Assembly (NCBI RefSeq): GCF_019603315.1
Contig: NZ_CP080649.1
Span: 1,970,176 to 1,994,175 of the forward strand
DNA from: Ruficoccus sp. ZRK36
Lineage (GTDB): Bacteria; Verrucomicrobiota; Verrucomicrobiia; Opitutales; Cerasicoccaceae
DNA length: 24,000 bases
Direction: 5' to 3'
In this document: piece by piece, positions 9,721 through 16,685 of the stretch
How positions within the stretch are numbered: the first letter of the stretch is position 1
Layout: every line of letters starts with the position of its first letter
Notes under the pieces: generated by a model
Databases searched by the model: none
Seen by the model: the letters and a program-made list of their open reading frames with translations, nothing else
Told to the model about the DNA's origin: nothing
Position numbers and translations under genes: made by a program

Positions 9721-9765
9721 TGGGGCCGTCCCCAATTTGAATGCTAAAAGCCGAGGTCGTCCTCG
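9721..9765 (-). promoter_or_regulatory. Guanidine-II (mini-ykkC) riboswitch upstream of gdx/sugE
   Basis: On the minus strand two hairpins precede gdx: CGAGG-ACGA-CCTCG (9765..9752) and TGGGG-ACGG-CCCCA (9734..9721), joined by a 17-nt linker. Both loops fit the diagnostic ACGR, about 15-20 nt upstream of the start codon. Confidence 0.9.
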
Positions 9766-9870
9766 CTCCGATGGCTGCTACCTTCGCGGCCTTTATGGGA
9801 AATGGCAAGGCCCCCGAAGGGATTTTTCTGGGGTGTGCTGGGAGCCTTTCGGACCCGGCAGCTAGTTACA

Positions 9871-9894
9871 AAAAAAGCCCTTCCGTAGAAGGGC
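9871..9894 (-). terminator. Intrinsic terminator downstream of tRNA-Ser
   Basis: Minus strand GCCCTTC-TACG-GAAGGGC followed by TTTTTT, immediately after the tRNA. Confidence 0.85.
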
Positions 9895-9900
9895 AAAAAG

Positions 9901-9991
9901 TGGCGGAGAGGGAGGGATTTGAACCCTCGGTACCCTTTTGGGGCACGCATCTTTAGCAAAGATGTGCATTCGGCCACTCTGCCACCTCTCC
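9901..9991 (-). tRNA. tRNA-Ser(GCU), class II with long variable arm; 3' CCA encoded
   Basis: Minus strand GGAGAGG TGGCAGAGTGGCCGAATGC ... CATCT-TTGCTAA-AGATG (anticodon GCT) ... TGCCCCAAAAGGGTA variable arm ... GGTTCGAATCC ... CCTCTCC-G-CCA. Confidence 0.95.
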
Positions 9992-10139
9992 AGACCGTAA
10001 CTGACGTTGCGGCCAGTAAAGCGGGTAAACAACCGATCGATGGCGTTGCTGTCAATGCCTTTTCGTCGCTTTGCCGTCTTTGGACCGGTGAAGATATTTC
10101 CGGTCCAAAGGCCCCGGCCGGTTGCGCAGTCCAGGGCGG

Positions 10140-10925
10140 TTAGGCGCGGGGCAGCGTCTGCATAAAGGGGGCACCGTTTTTATCGGTATGGAGCACTGCC
10201 TGGACGTTAAACACATCCTCGACGCGTGCCTCGGTCAGGACTTCGGAGGTCGGTCCGTCCGCCGCTACAGCCCCGCCACTGATGAGCACGGTCTCGTCGG
10301 CATAGCTGAGGGCGAGGTTGATGTCGTGCAGGATGGCAAGCACCCCCACACCCTCGGCGGCCAGCTCACGGGCGATGCGCAAGGTGCCATGCTGGTGGGC
10401 GAGGTCGAGACCAGCCACGGGCTCATCCATCAGCAGATAGCGCGGGCACTGCTCCTGGGGCTCCCAGATCTGGGCCAGAACGCGTGCCAGATGGACGCGC
10501 TGGCGCTCGCCGCCCGAAAGTTCGAGGTAGTAGCGGTTTTCAAAATCCTGCAGATCGACGCGGCGCAGGGCCAGCTGGCAGATCTCGCGGTCCCGGAGAG
10601 TCTCGCCACGCTGGACGTGGGGCGTGCGGCCCATGAGCACGACGTCGCGGACGGTAAAGTTAAAGGCCAGCCGTGGCTCTTGAGGGAGGACGGCGCGCAC
10701 CTGGGCGAGGTCGCGCGTGTGCCAGTCGTGGAGGGCTTTATTTTCCAGTAAAATCTCGCCCTTGCTGGGGGTGAGCTCACCGGTGAGGATTTTCAAAAGC
10801 GTGGATTTACCGGCGCCATTGGTGCCGAGCAGGGCCACGAGCTTACCCGGCTGGAGGCTGAGCGATACGCCGTCGAGCACAGCGTGCTTACCGTAGGAAA
10901 AGGTCAGTTGGCGGGCTTCGAGCAT
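10140..10925 (-). CDS. hmuV: Heme ABC transporter ATP-binding protein
   Basis: Starts 'MLEARQLTFSYGKHAVLDGVSLSLQPGKLVALLGTNGAGKSTLLK'; signature 'LSGGERQRVHLARVLAQ' followed by the HmuV-typical linker and 'YLLMDEPVAGLDLAHQH'. ATG is at 10925; the ORF track start at 11318 is an overextension into hmuU. Confidence 0.9.
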   Translation of the reverse strand: MLEARQLTFSYGKHAVLDGVSLSLQPGKLVALLGTNGAGKSTLLKILTGELTPSKGEILLENKALHDWHTRDLAQVRAVLPQEPRLAFNFTVRDVVLMGRTPHVQRGETLRDREICQLALRRVDLQDFENRYYLELSGGERQRVHLARVLAQIWEPQEQCPRYLLMDEPVAGLDLAHQHGTLRIARELAAEGVGVLAILHDINLALSYADETVLISGGAVAADGPTSEVLTEARVEDVFNVQAVLHTDKNGAPFMQTLPRA

Positions 10926-10930
10926 CGGGA

Positions 10931-11989
10931 CTAGATAGAGAGCTTGCGTTTGGCGGACAGGAGCAGCCCGAGGAAGAACGGGCCACCGATCAGGGCGGTG
11001 AGGATGCCGATCTGCAGCTCGGCAGGGGCGACAAGTGTACGTGCGCCGAGGTCCGCTCCGACGAGGACGGCACCGCCGAGGATGGCCGATCCGGGCAGCA
11101 GCCAGCGGTGGTCGGGACCGAGGCTGATCCGGATCATATGCGGGACAACCAGCCCCACAAAGCCGATGACCCCGCAGGCGGCCACGGTGATGCCCACCAT
11201 TGCCGCGGTGACGAAGATCAGGCCCCGCTTGACGAGCTGGACGTTGACGCCGAGCTGGAAGGCCTCGGCCTCGCCGAGGAGAAAGGCGTTGAGGGCACGC
11301 CATTGGCTGAGGACCCACGCGCCCCCGGCCAGGGTCAGCCCCGCTACGAGCAGGGCGCTCTGCCAGTTCGCACCCGCCAGGCTGCCAAGAGTCCAGAATG
11401 TGATGGTGCGGATCTGGGTGTCGTCGGCGAAGCGCGTCACCACGTAGCCGATGAGGGCTCCAGAGATGGCGTTGATGGCGATGCCTGTCAGCAGCATGGT
11501 GGCGATATGGGTGCGGCCACCGATGCTGGAGAGTCGGTAAATGAGAAAGGTCACGCCAACGCCCCCGGCCATCGCGAAAATGGGCAGCATATACTGGACG
11601 AGGTGGGCAGAGGCTCCGGCGATGATGCCCCCAAACAAGATAGCCAGCACGCCGCCGGTTGCCGCCCCGCTGGAGACACCGATGATGCCAGGGTCGGCGA
11701 GGGGATTACGAAACAGGCCCTGCATGGCCGCTCCGGCGAGAGAAATGCCTGCCCCGACAGCCAGCCCGAGCACGATGCGCGGCAGGCGCAGGTCCCAGAC
11801 GACGGTATCTGTGAGCACGGCAGGCTGCTCTGAGGTGAGGCCGAGTCGGTAGGCCAGTACCTGGGCCGTCTCTCCGGAGGAAAACTCAACCGGGCCGGTG
11901 TTCAGGCTGTATAGACAGATCGCAATCGTGAACACCCCCATGAGGGCGAGCAGGACAATTTTAGCGGAATGGGAACGGGCGGGATTCAT
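10931..11989 (-). CDS. hmuU: FecCD/BtuC-family permease, heme ABC transporter
   Basis: 352-aa polytopic protein: 'LRLPRIVLGLAVGAGISLAGAAMQGLFRNPLADPGIIGVSSGAATGG' and 'GVIGFVGLVVPHMIRISLGPDHRWLLPGSAILGG'. Lies between hmuT and hmuV on the same strand. Confidence 0.9.
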   Translation of the reverse strand: MNPARSHSAKIVLLALMGVFTIAICLYSLNTGPVEFSSGETAQVLAYRLGLTSEQPAVLTDTVVWDLRLPRIVLGLAVGAGISLAGAAMQGLFRNPLADPGIIGVSSGAATGGVLAILFGGIIAGASAHLVQYMLPIFAMAGGVGVTFLIYRLSSIGGRTHIATMLLTGIAINAISGALIGYVVTRFADDTQIRTITFWTLGSLAGANWQSALLVAGLTLAGGAWVLSQWRALNAFLLGEAEAFQLGVNVQLVKRGLIFVTAAMVGITVAACGVIGFVGLVVPHMIRISLGPDHRWLLPGSAILGGAVLVGADLGARTLVAPAELQIGILTALIGGPFFLGLLLSAKRKLSI

Positions 11990-12116
11990 CCTCGAAGGTG
12001 TGAACGTCAGGCGCGTTGGCTGGGTTCAAGCCAACCAGTAAAGGCGCTTCGTGGGCGGGGAACAAGCAAGGATTCCCCGCCGAAGCGGAAAACGGAAGGC
12101 GAGCCTGGCCAGGCAA

Positions 12117-13109
12117 TTAGCTGTCGGCTGGAGCCGGAGCGATCAGCTCGGACCAGGAGGAGGTAACCTCGCCGAGGCGGGGACCGAAGCTCAAGTCCTC
12201 CATCGGTACGGTCTCCACACGACCACTTTTGATGGCGGGAATCTGGCTGAGCTGCGGCATCCCGAGCAGGACCTTGGCGTCACCAGGGCCTGAGCCGTGC
12301 CCTACGCTCGTACCCAGCAGGATCACATCCGGGCGGGAGGCGATGAGGGCCTCCAGTGCGAAAGGCTGGTAGCCGTTGACGTCGGAGGCGGCATTGACGC
12401 CCCCGGCCAGCTTAATCAGCTCATCGGCGCGGGTTCCCTTACCAGCGACTTTACCGGCGCGGGTGGGGGTGGGCGACTGCATGAAAAAGACGATGCGCGG
12501 CTTTTGCGGCCACTGGGAGGACGCCATCTCGACGTCTGTCAGCTTCTCCTGGATGGAGGCGGTCAGCTCGGCAGCCTTCTCCTCTTCGCCGAGGGCCTGG
12601 CCGACGATTTCCAGCGAGGTGTAGAGGGCGTCGGGGCTGGTGGGGTCCGGGCACCAGACGACCGGTACGTTAACGCGCTTCAGTGCGGCCTTGGCGGCTG
12701 GCGGGCCGAGGGCCTCACTGGTCACGATGATGTCGGGGTTCAGCGAAAGGACGCCCTCGGGCGAAATTTGGCGAATGTAGCCGACCTTGGGCAGGCGGGT
12801 CGCCGCGGGAGGGTAGGTGCTGGAGAGGTCGACGGCGACGACTTCGTCACCCTTGCCCAGCGCGTAAACGATCTCCGTCGGTGCGCCACCGATGCTGATG
12901 ATGCGGGTGCTCTCGCTCTCCGGGGCCTTGGCGGTGTCCACTTGCGGGTGGTTTTTCGGCATCGGGCCGGTTTTACCGGTAATGGGGCAAACGGCGGGCG
13001 CGGCCGTTTCGTTTGCCTGAAGCATGGGCGTGATAAGCAGGGCCGCGAGGACGCCTGCGTATGCGAAGAAGGTCTGATTATGGTTTTTCACGGTTCCAGT
13101 ATTGACCAA
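12117..13109 (-). CDS. hmuT: Heme ABC transporter periplasmic heme-binding protein (BtuF/TroA-like fold)
   Basis: 'TRIISIGGAPTEIVYALGKGDEVVAVDLSSTYPPAATRLPKVGYIRQISPEGVLSLNPDIIVTSEALGPP' is typical of HmuT. Start codon uncertain: TTG 13109 or GTG 13091. Confidence 0.9.
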   Translation of the reverse strand: MVNTGTVKNHNQTFFAYAGVLAALLITPMLQANETAAPAVCPITGKTGPMPKNHPQVDTAKAPESESTRIISIGGAPTEIVYALGKGDEVVAVDLSSTYPPAATRLPKVGYIRQISPEGVLSLNPDIIVTSEALGPPAAKAALKRVNVPVVWCPDPTSPDALYTSLEIVGQALGEEEKAAELTASIQEKLTDVEMASSQWPQKPRIVFFMQSPTPTRAGKVAGKGTRADELIKLAGGVNAASDVNGYQPFALEALIASRPDVILLGTSVGHGSGPGDAKVLLGMPQLSQIPAIKSGRVETVPMEDLSFGPRLGEVTSSWSELIAPAPADS

Positions 13110-13130
13110 AGAGCTAAAACGACGTGTATT

Positions 13131-13145
13131 TGTGACTCAATCTCA
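13131..13145. promoter_or_regulatory. Candidate Fur-like operator in the hmuT/hmuS divergent promoter region
   Basis: Plus TGTGACT-C-AATCTCA = minus TGAGATT-G-AGTCACA. Imperfect 7-1-7 inverted repeat; 12/15 identity by eye to TGAGAATGATTCTCA. Confidence 0.55.
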
Positions 13146-13162
13146 AACTTTATAAAAAAGAT

Positions 13163-14230
13163 ATGGTAAACGCAACGATCAAAGAAGCTACTTCTCCGCA
13201 GGAACTCAAAGCCCGCTGGGATGAACTCCTGAGCGCTAATCCCAAGCTGCGTATCCGCAATGCCGCCGATGAACTCGGCGTGAGCGAGGCCGAGCTGCTG
13301 GCCACACAGTGCGGGGGTACGGTGACCCGTCTGGCCGTCTCCGACTGGGAACCTTTTATGCAGGCCTGGAAGGGTCTGGGGCGGGTCATGGTGCTGACGC
13401 GTAATGAAAACTGCGTCCACGAAAAGACCGGTGAGTACGAGGAGATCCACCCGCTGGTACACGGTGGCAAGGTCGGCCTGACCACGGGCAAGGATATCGA
13501 CCTGCGCCTGTTCATGGGTGGCTGGAAGCACGCCTTTGCGGTGGAAGATCTTTCCATCCCCGGTGGCCACAGCCGCTCGCTTCAGATCTTTGACCCGACG
13601 GGTACCGCCATTCACAAGATCTACGTCAAGAGCGATCAGGGGATCGAGCCTTTCCAAAAGCTCGTCGAGCAGTTCCGCGCTGAAGATCAGGCACTTGGCT
13701 TTACCGCCGAGGCCGCCGAGCCGAAGCGCCCGGAAATGCCGGATGAGCAGATCGACAAGGACGCGCTCCTGAACGGCTGGAAGAACCTCAAGGACACACA
13801 TGACTTCTTCCCGCTGCTGATGAAGAACCGTGCTGGCCGCCAGCAGGCGCTGCGTTTGGCCGAGGGTGTCTTCACTCAGAAAGTGGACAATAGCTCCGCC
13901 CGTAAGGTGCTTGATCTGGCCAGTGAACAGGGGACATCGATCATGGTGTTTGTCGGCAATGACCACTGCATCCAGATTCACACCGGCCCGGTGAAGAAGG
14001 TGATGGAGTACCAGGATTGGTACAATGTCATGGACCCCGGCTTTAACCTGCACCTCAAGGAATCGGGGATCGATGCTTGCTGGATCGTGCGCAAGCCTAC
14101 TGCTGACGGAGACGTTACGTCACTGGAAGTTTTTGACAAGGATGGCGAGGTGATCGTGCAGTTCTTTGGCGAGCGTAAGCCCGGCAGCCCTGAGCTGGAG
14201 AGCTGGCGTGACCTGGTCAAGGCCATCTAA
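13163..14230 (+). CDS. hmuS: Hemin-degrading factor / heme trafficking protein HmuS (HemS/ChuS family)
   Basis: 355-aa two-repeat protein: 'KARWDELLSANPKLRIRNAADELGVSEAELLATQCGGTVTRL...VMVLTRNENCVHEKTGEYE...DIDLRLFMGGWKHAFAV...SLQIFDPTGTAIHKIYV' and second half 'MVFVGNDHCIQIHTGPVKKV...VMDPGFNLHLKESGIDACWIVRKP'. Confidence 0.93.
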   Translation: MVNATIKEATSPQELKARWDELLSANPKLRIRNAADELGVSEAELLATQCGGTVTRLAVSDWEPFMQAWKGLGRVMVLTRNENCVHEKTGEYEEIHPLVHGGKVGLTTGKDIDLRLFMGGWKHAFAVEDLSIPGGHSRSLQIFDPTGTAIHKIYVKSDQGIEPFQKLVEQFRAEDQALGFTAEAAEPKRPEMPDEQIDKDALLNGWKNLKDTHDFFPLLMKNRAGRQQALRLAEGVFTQKVDNSSARKVLDLASEQGTSIMVFVGNDHCIQIHTGPVKKVMEYQDWYNVMDPGFNLHLKESGIDACWIVRKPTADGDVTSLEVFDKDGEVIVQFFGERKPGSPELESWRDLVKAI

Positions 14231-14268
14231 GGCGTCCCGCCTTTGACTTTTTAAACTGGCAGTCATTG

Positions 14269-14303
14269 AGCCGTGGTTCCCGAAAGGGGCCACGGCTTTT
14301 TTG
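14269..14303 (+). terminator. Intrinsic terminator after hmuS
   Basis: AGCCGTGG-TTCCC-GAAA-GGGG-CCACGGCT followed by TTTTT. Confidence 0.85.
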
Positions 14304-14454
14304 TGGCTGCGAGGGTGTTGCCCGGTTGCGGTAGCCGGAGGTATTTAGTCCGTCTTTCTCCAGACACGTGAGTGTGTTTTTGCATCGGTGTATTCATGAG
14401 CGAATACGTAGCCGTTTTGTCCTGCTCGCATGTGGAAGTGTTTACGCAAAGAAA

Positions 14455-14482
14455 AAGGCCGGTCGAATAAACGACCGGCCTT
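14455..14482. terminator. Terminator downstream of the 14518..15210 PEP-CTERM gene (- strand)
   Basis: AAGGCCGGTCG-AATAAA-CGACCGGCCTT, a perfect 11-bp stem; on the minus strand followed by TTTTTC. Confidence 0.8.
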
Positions 14483-14517
14483 CTTGTTTCTTATGAGGGA
14501 TCTATGACTGTATGACT

Positions 14518-15210
14518 TTACTTCTGGGAAAGCTTACGGCGGCGCAGCAGAACCACGGTGAGGACACCAAGACCGGCCAGAGCGGCGTAGGTCGAGGGCT
14601 CGGGCACGGCGATGGCCGAGTAGGTGTCACCTTCGGTCAGGCTAATGCCCCAAAGGATCGCGTGTGCATTTGTCGTAAAGGTGATCGAGTAGTCGGTGAT
14701 CGTGCTCTCGATGCTGGAGAGATCCCACTGGTAGACGTCGATCGTGCTGCTGCCGGTCTGGCCGCCCCCATTGTAGGTATGGCTACCGGCGTAGTTACCG
14801 ATGTAGCTTGCAGCAAGCTCCTGGCTGCCGCCGTTGTAGCTCAGGGTGATCGTGTCCATGCCCTGGGCGTTCTCGAACTGCAGTACGAGGGTCGAGAGGT
14901 CAGTGATCGGTGAACCCGAGCTAATGGTGTAGGTCGATGCCGAGGCGTTATAGATATAGTCGGAGCTGCTGAAATAGCTACCGCCCGCAGTAATGTTCAG
15001 GTCGGCGTCGATGCCGGAGGCGGTGATCGGATCCGGCCAGGTGTCGCTACCAGGGTAGCTACTCGGGTATGTCGGATAGTTAGTCGGGTTCAGGTCCGTC
15101 CAGCTGCCTGTTTCGGTGTTCCCCGGGAGATTAAAGGCCATAAAATCGGCGTGTGAAACTGCCGGCGCTAGCAGGGCGGCGGTCAGAGCGATAAGTTTCG
15201 TAGTTTTCAT
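14518..15210 (-). CDS. Secreted PEP-CTERM protein of unknown function
   Basis: Signal peptide MKTTKLIALTAALLAPAVSHA; C-terminal 'VPEPSTYAALAGLGVLTVVLLRRRKLSQK'; central domain ending 'YQWDLSSIESTITDYSITFTTNAHAILWGISLTEGD'. Confidence 0.9.
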   Translation of the reverse strand: MKTTKLIALTAALLAPAVSHADFMAFNLPGNTETGSWTDLNPTNYPTYPSSYPGSDTWPDPITASGIDADLNITAGGSYFSSSDYIYNASASTYTISSGSPITDLSTLVLQFENAQGMDTITLSYNGGSQELAASYIGNYAGSHTYNGGGQTGSSTIDVYQWDLSSIESTITDYSITFTTNAHAILWGISLTEGDTYSAIAVPEPSTYAALAGLGVLTVVLLRRRKLSQK

Positions 15211-15233
15211 AGGTTAGTTATTGACTGTGGTAA

Positions 15234-15278
15234 TGAGACTCGATAACAATAGACGCATAAAACTGAGACTGAGTTTCA
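15234..15278. promoter_or_regulatory. Candidate Fur-like operator(s) between divergent surface-protein genes
   Basis: TGAGACT-G-AGTTTCA at 15264-15278 (7-1-7, arms 6/7 complementary, 12/15 to TGAGAATGATTCTCA), plus a weaker TGAGACTCGATAACA at 15234-15248 exactly 30 nt upstream. Confidence 0.5.
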
Positions 15279-15303
15279 AATGCAAGAGATTTTTTCAAAA
15301 AAA

Positions 15304-16668
15304 ATGCATCGGTGGGGTAAACAGGTGCTGGGAGCCCTGAGCCTCTGTCTGATGACGAGTGGCCTGCAGGGGCAAACCGACTTCTTTTGGTACAATGCGA
15401 TTGTTCCGGCTTTTGACGGGGAGCCCAACAGCGAGTTCGCGCAGTTTGACCGCGTGCAGTATGCTTATACTTCGTGGGAGGACCCGTTTAACACGTCTGC
15501 TCCTACAGAGGTGAACACGCCCACGCCGGCCTCCATAAACCCGAGCACGCTGACCACAAACGAGGACGCTGTGCTCGCGCAGATCGGGACGGACACCGCA
15601 TTTATCACCAGCCATCCCGGGATATACAGCTTCTCGGAGTCGATGAGCTTCATTGTCTACGACAATCCTGCTTACAGCCCCGGCCAGGTGATTTTTCAGG
15701 TTAACACGGTGGGAAGTCTGCCGGACCAGGAGGCATTCATTTACTTCCGTGAGACTGAGGGGGGACCGCTGGTCGGTCCGATCCCTTACACCCATATCGG
15801 ATTCTTGACCGGGGGTGATCCGAACTCCGGAGACGGGCAGGGCATTATGGCCTGGGAGTGGGACCTGAGCGGCTACGACGTGGCTGAGTACTATATTACG
15901 TTCGGTTCATCGGGTACGAGCATGAGCCTGTGGTGGGCGACGCTGGACACCTGGGATGGTTTCTCGGCTGAGCTCAGTAACGCCATCTTCCCGAAGACCA
16001 ACACGAATTTCGCTACCGGAGCCGTTGGTTCCGTCGAGCACGAGCTCTCGGGTGGCGGTGGCCCCCGGATTACCTATGAGCCGGGCGATGAGGTGGTGCT
16101 GACCGCTGTCGCTGAGGATGGCTGGGTCTTCGTTCGCTGGACGGGCGATGTCAACTCTACCAGCTCTTCCATCGTGACGACGATCGACGGCAACCTCGAC
16201 GTGAAGGCTATTTTCGCGCCCCAGACCTACGATAAGTGGAAGGAAAACATTATCCTGCCCGCGTTTACCGGCAGCAACCCCGTGGTGAATGGTGCCCGTG
16301 ATGCCGACCCGAACCGGAACGGCCTCGTCAACATCCTCGAATACGCCTTTGGCGGCACTCCTGAGGAGATCAGCACCCCGGAGGCCTTCCCGGTGGCCGG
16401 TGTCACAGAGGATGGTAAGCACTTGACCCTGACCTACCGGCAGCAGCCGGAGGCGACCGACCTGACCTACCACGCCATGGTCTCAAATGATCTCGAAAGC
16501 TGGAACTACAACGGCGACGGCTCCGAGCAGACCTATACCTCCATCGATATTTCCCCCTCCATCAACGAAGATGGGACACAGACCGTTATTGTTACCGACC
16601 TGACCGACCTAAGCACCCTGCCGGCTGGAACCAACCGGCAGATGCGCCTCCAAGTGATCCTGGAATAA
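15304..16668 (+). CDS. Large secreted protein: novel N-terminal domain shared with 14518..15210, a bacterial-repeat (InlB/BSP-like) module, and a C-terminal 'DPNRNGLVNILEYAFGG' module
   Basis: Signal peptide MHRWGKQVLGALSLCLMTSGLQG; repeat module 'GSVEHELSGGGGPRITYEPGDEVVLTAVAEDGWVFVRWTGDVNSTSSSIVTTIDGNLDVKAIFA'. ORF track begins at 15280, but that ATG abuts the inverted repeat and 15304 gives a better signal peptide. Confidence 0.8.
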   Translation: MHRWGKQVLGALSLCLMTSGLQGQTDFFWYNAIVPAFDGEPNSEFAQFDRVQYAYTSWEDPFNTSAPTEVNTPTPASINPSTLTTNEDAVLAQIGTDTAFITSHPGIYSFSESMSFIVYDNPAYSPGQVIFQVNTVGSLPDQEAFIYFRETEGGPLVGPIPYTHIGFLTGGDPNSGDGQGIMAWEWDLSGYDVAEYYITFGSSGTSMSLWWATLDTWDGFSAELSNAIFPKTNTNFATGAVGSVEHELSGGGGPRITYEPGDEVVLTAVAEDGWVFVRWTGDVNSTSSSIVTTIDGNLDVKAIFAPQTYDKWKENIILPAFTGSNPVVNGARDADPNRNGLVNILEYAFGGTPEEISTPEAFPVAGVTEDGKHLTLTYRQQPEATDLTYHAMVSNDLESWNYNGDGSEQTYTSIDISPSINEDGTQTVIVTDLTDLSTLPAGTNRQMRLQVILE

Positions 16669-16685
16669 TTCAGCAAAACCGAAGA

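Noticed and set aside
9816-9870. Possible guanidine-I (ykkC-type) element, minus strand CTAGCTGCCGGGTCCGAAAGGCTCCCAGC
   Set aside because: Superficial resemblance to CTAGGG.../GGTCCGAGAG, but the rest of the ykkC core was not found. The nearby double ACGR hairpins explain gdx regulation better.
9741-9956. ORF MLKAEVVLAP...AEREGFEPSVPFWGTHL (+ strand, 71 aa)
   Set aside because: Its C-terminal part reads through the complement of tRNA-Ser (the familiar 'GFEPSVPFWG' artefact) and its N-terminal part overlaps the guanidine-II riboswitch. Not a real gene.
10926-11318. Long N-terminal extension of the hmuV ORF (ORF track start 11318)
   Set aside because: The extension lies inside hmuU and is low-complexity Pro/Arg-rich. 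The conserved ABC start 'MLEARQLTFSYG' corresponds to ATG 10925.
12297-13169. 290-aa ORF antisense to hmuT
   Set aside because: Overlaps hmuT and the hmuT-hmuS promoter region; no recognisable motif.
13088-14053. 321-aa ORF antisense to hmuS
   Set aside because: Shadow ORF opposite a strongly supported HmuS coding sequence.
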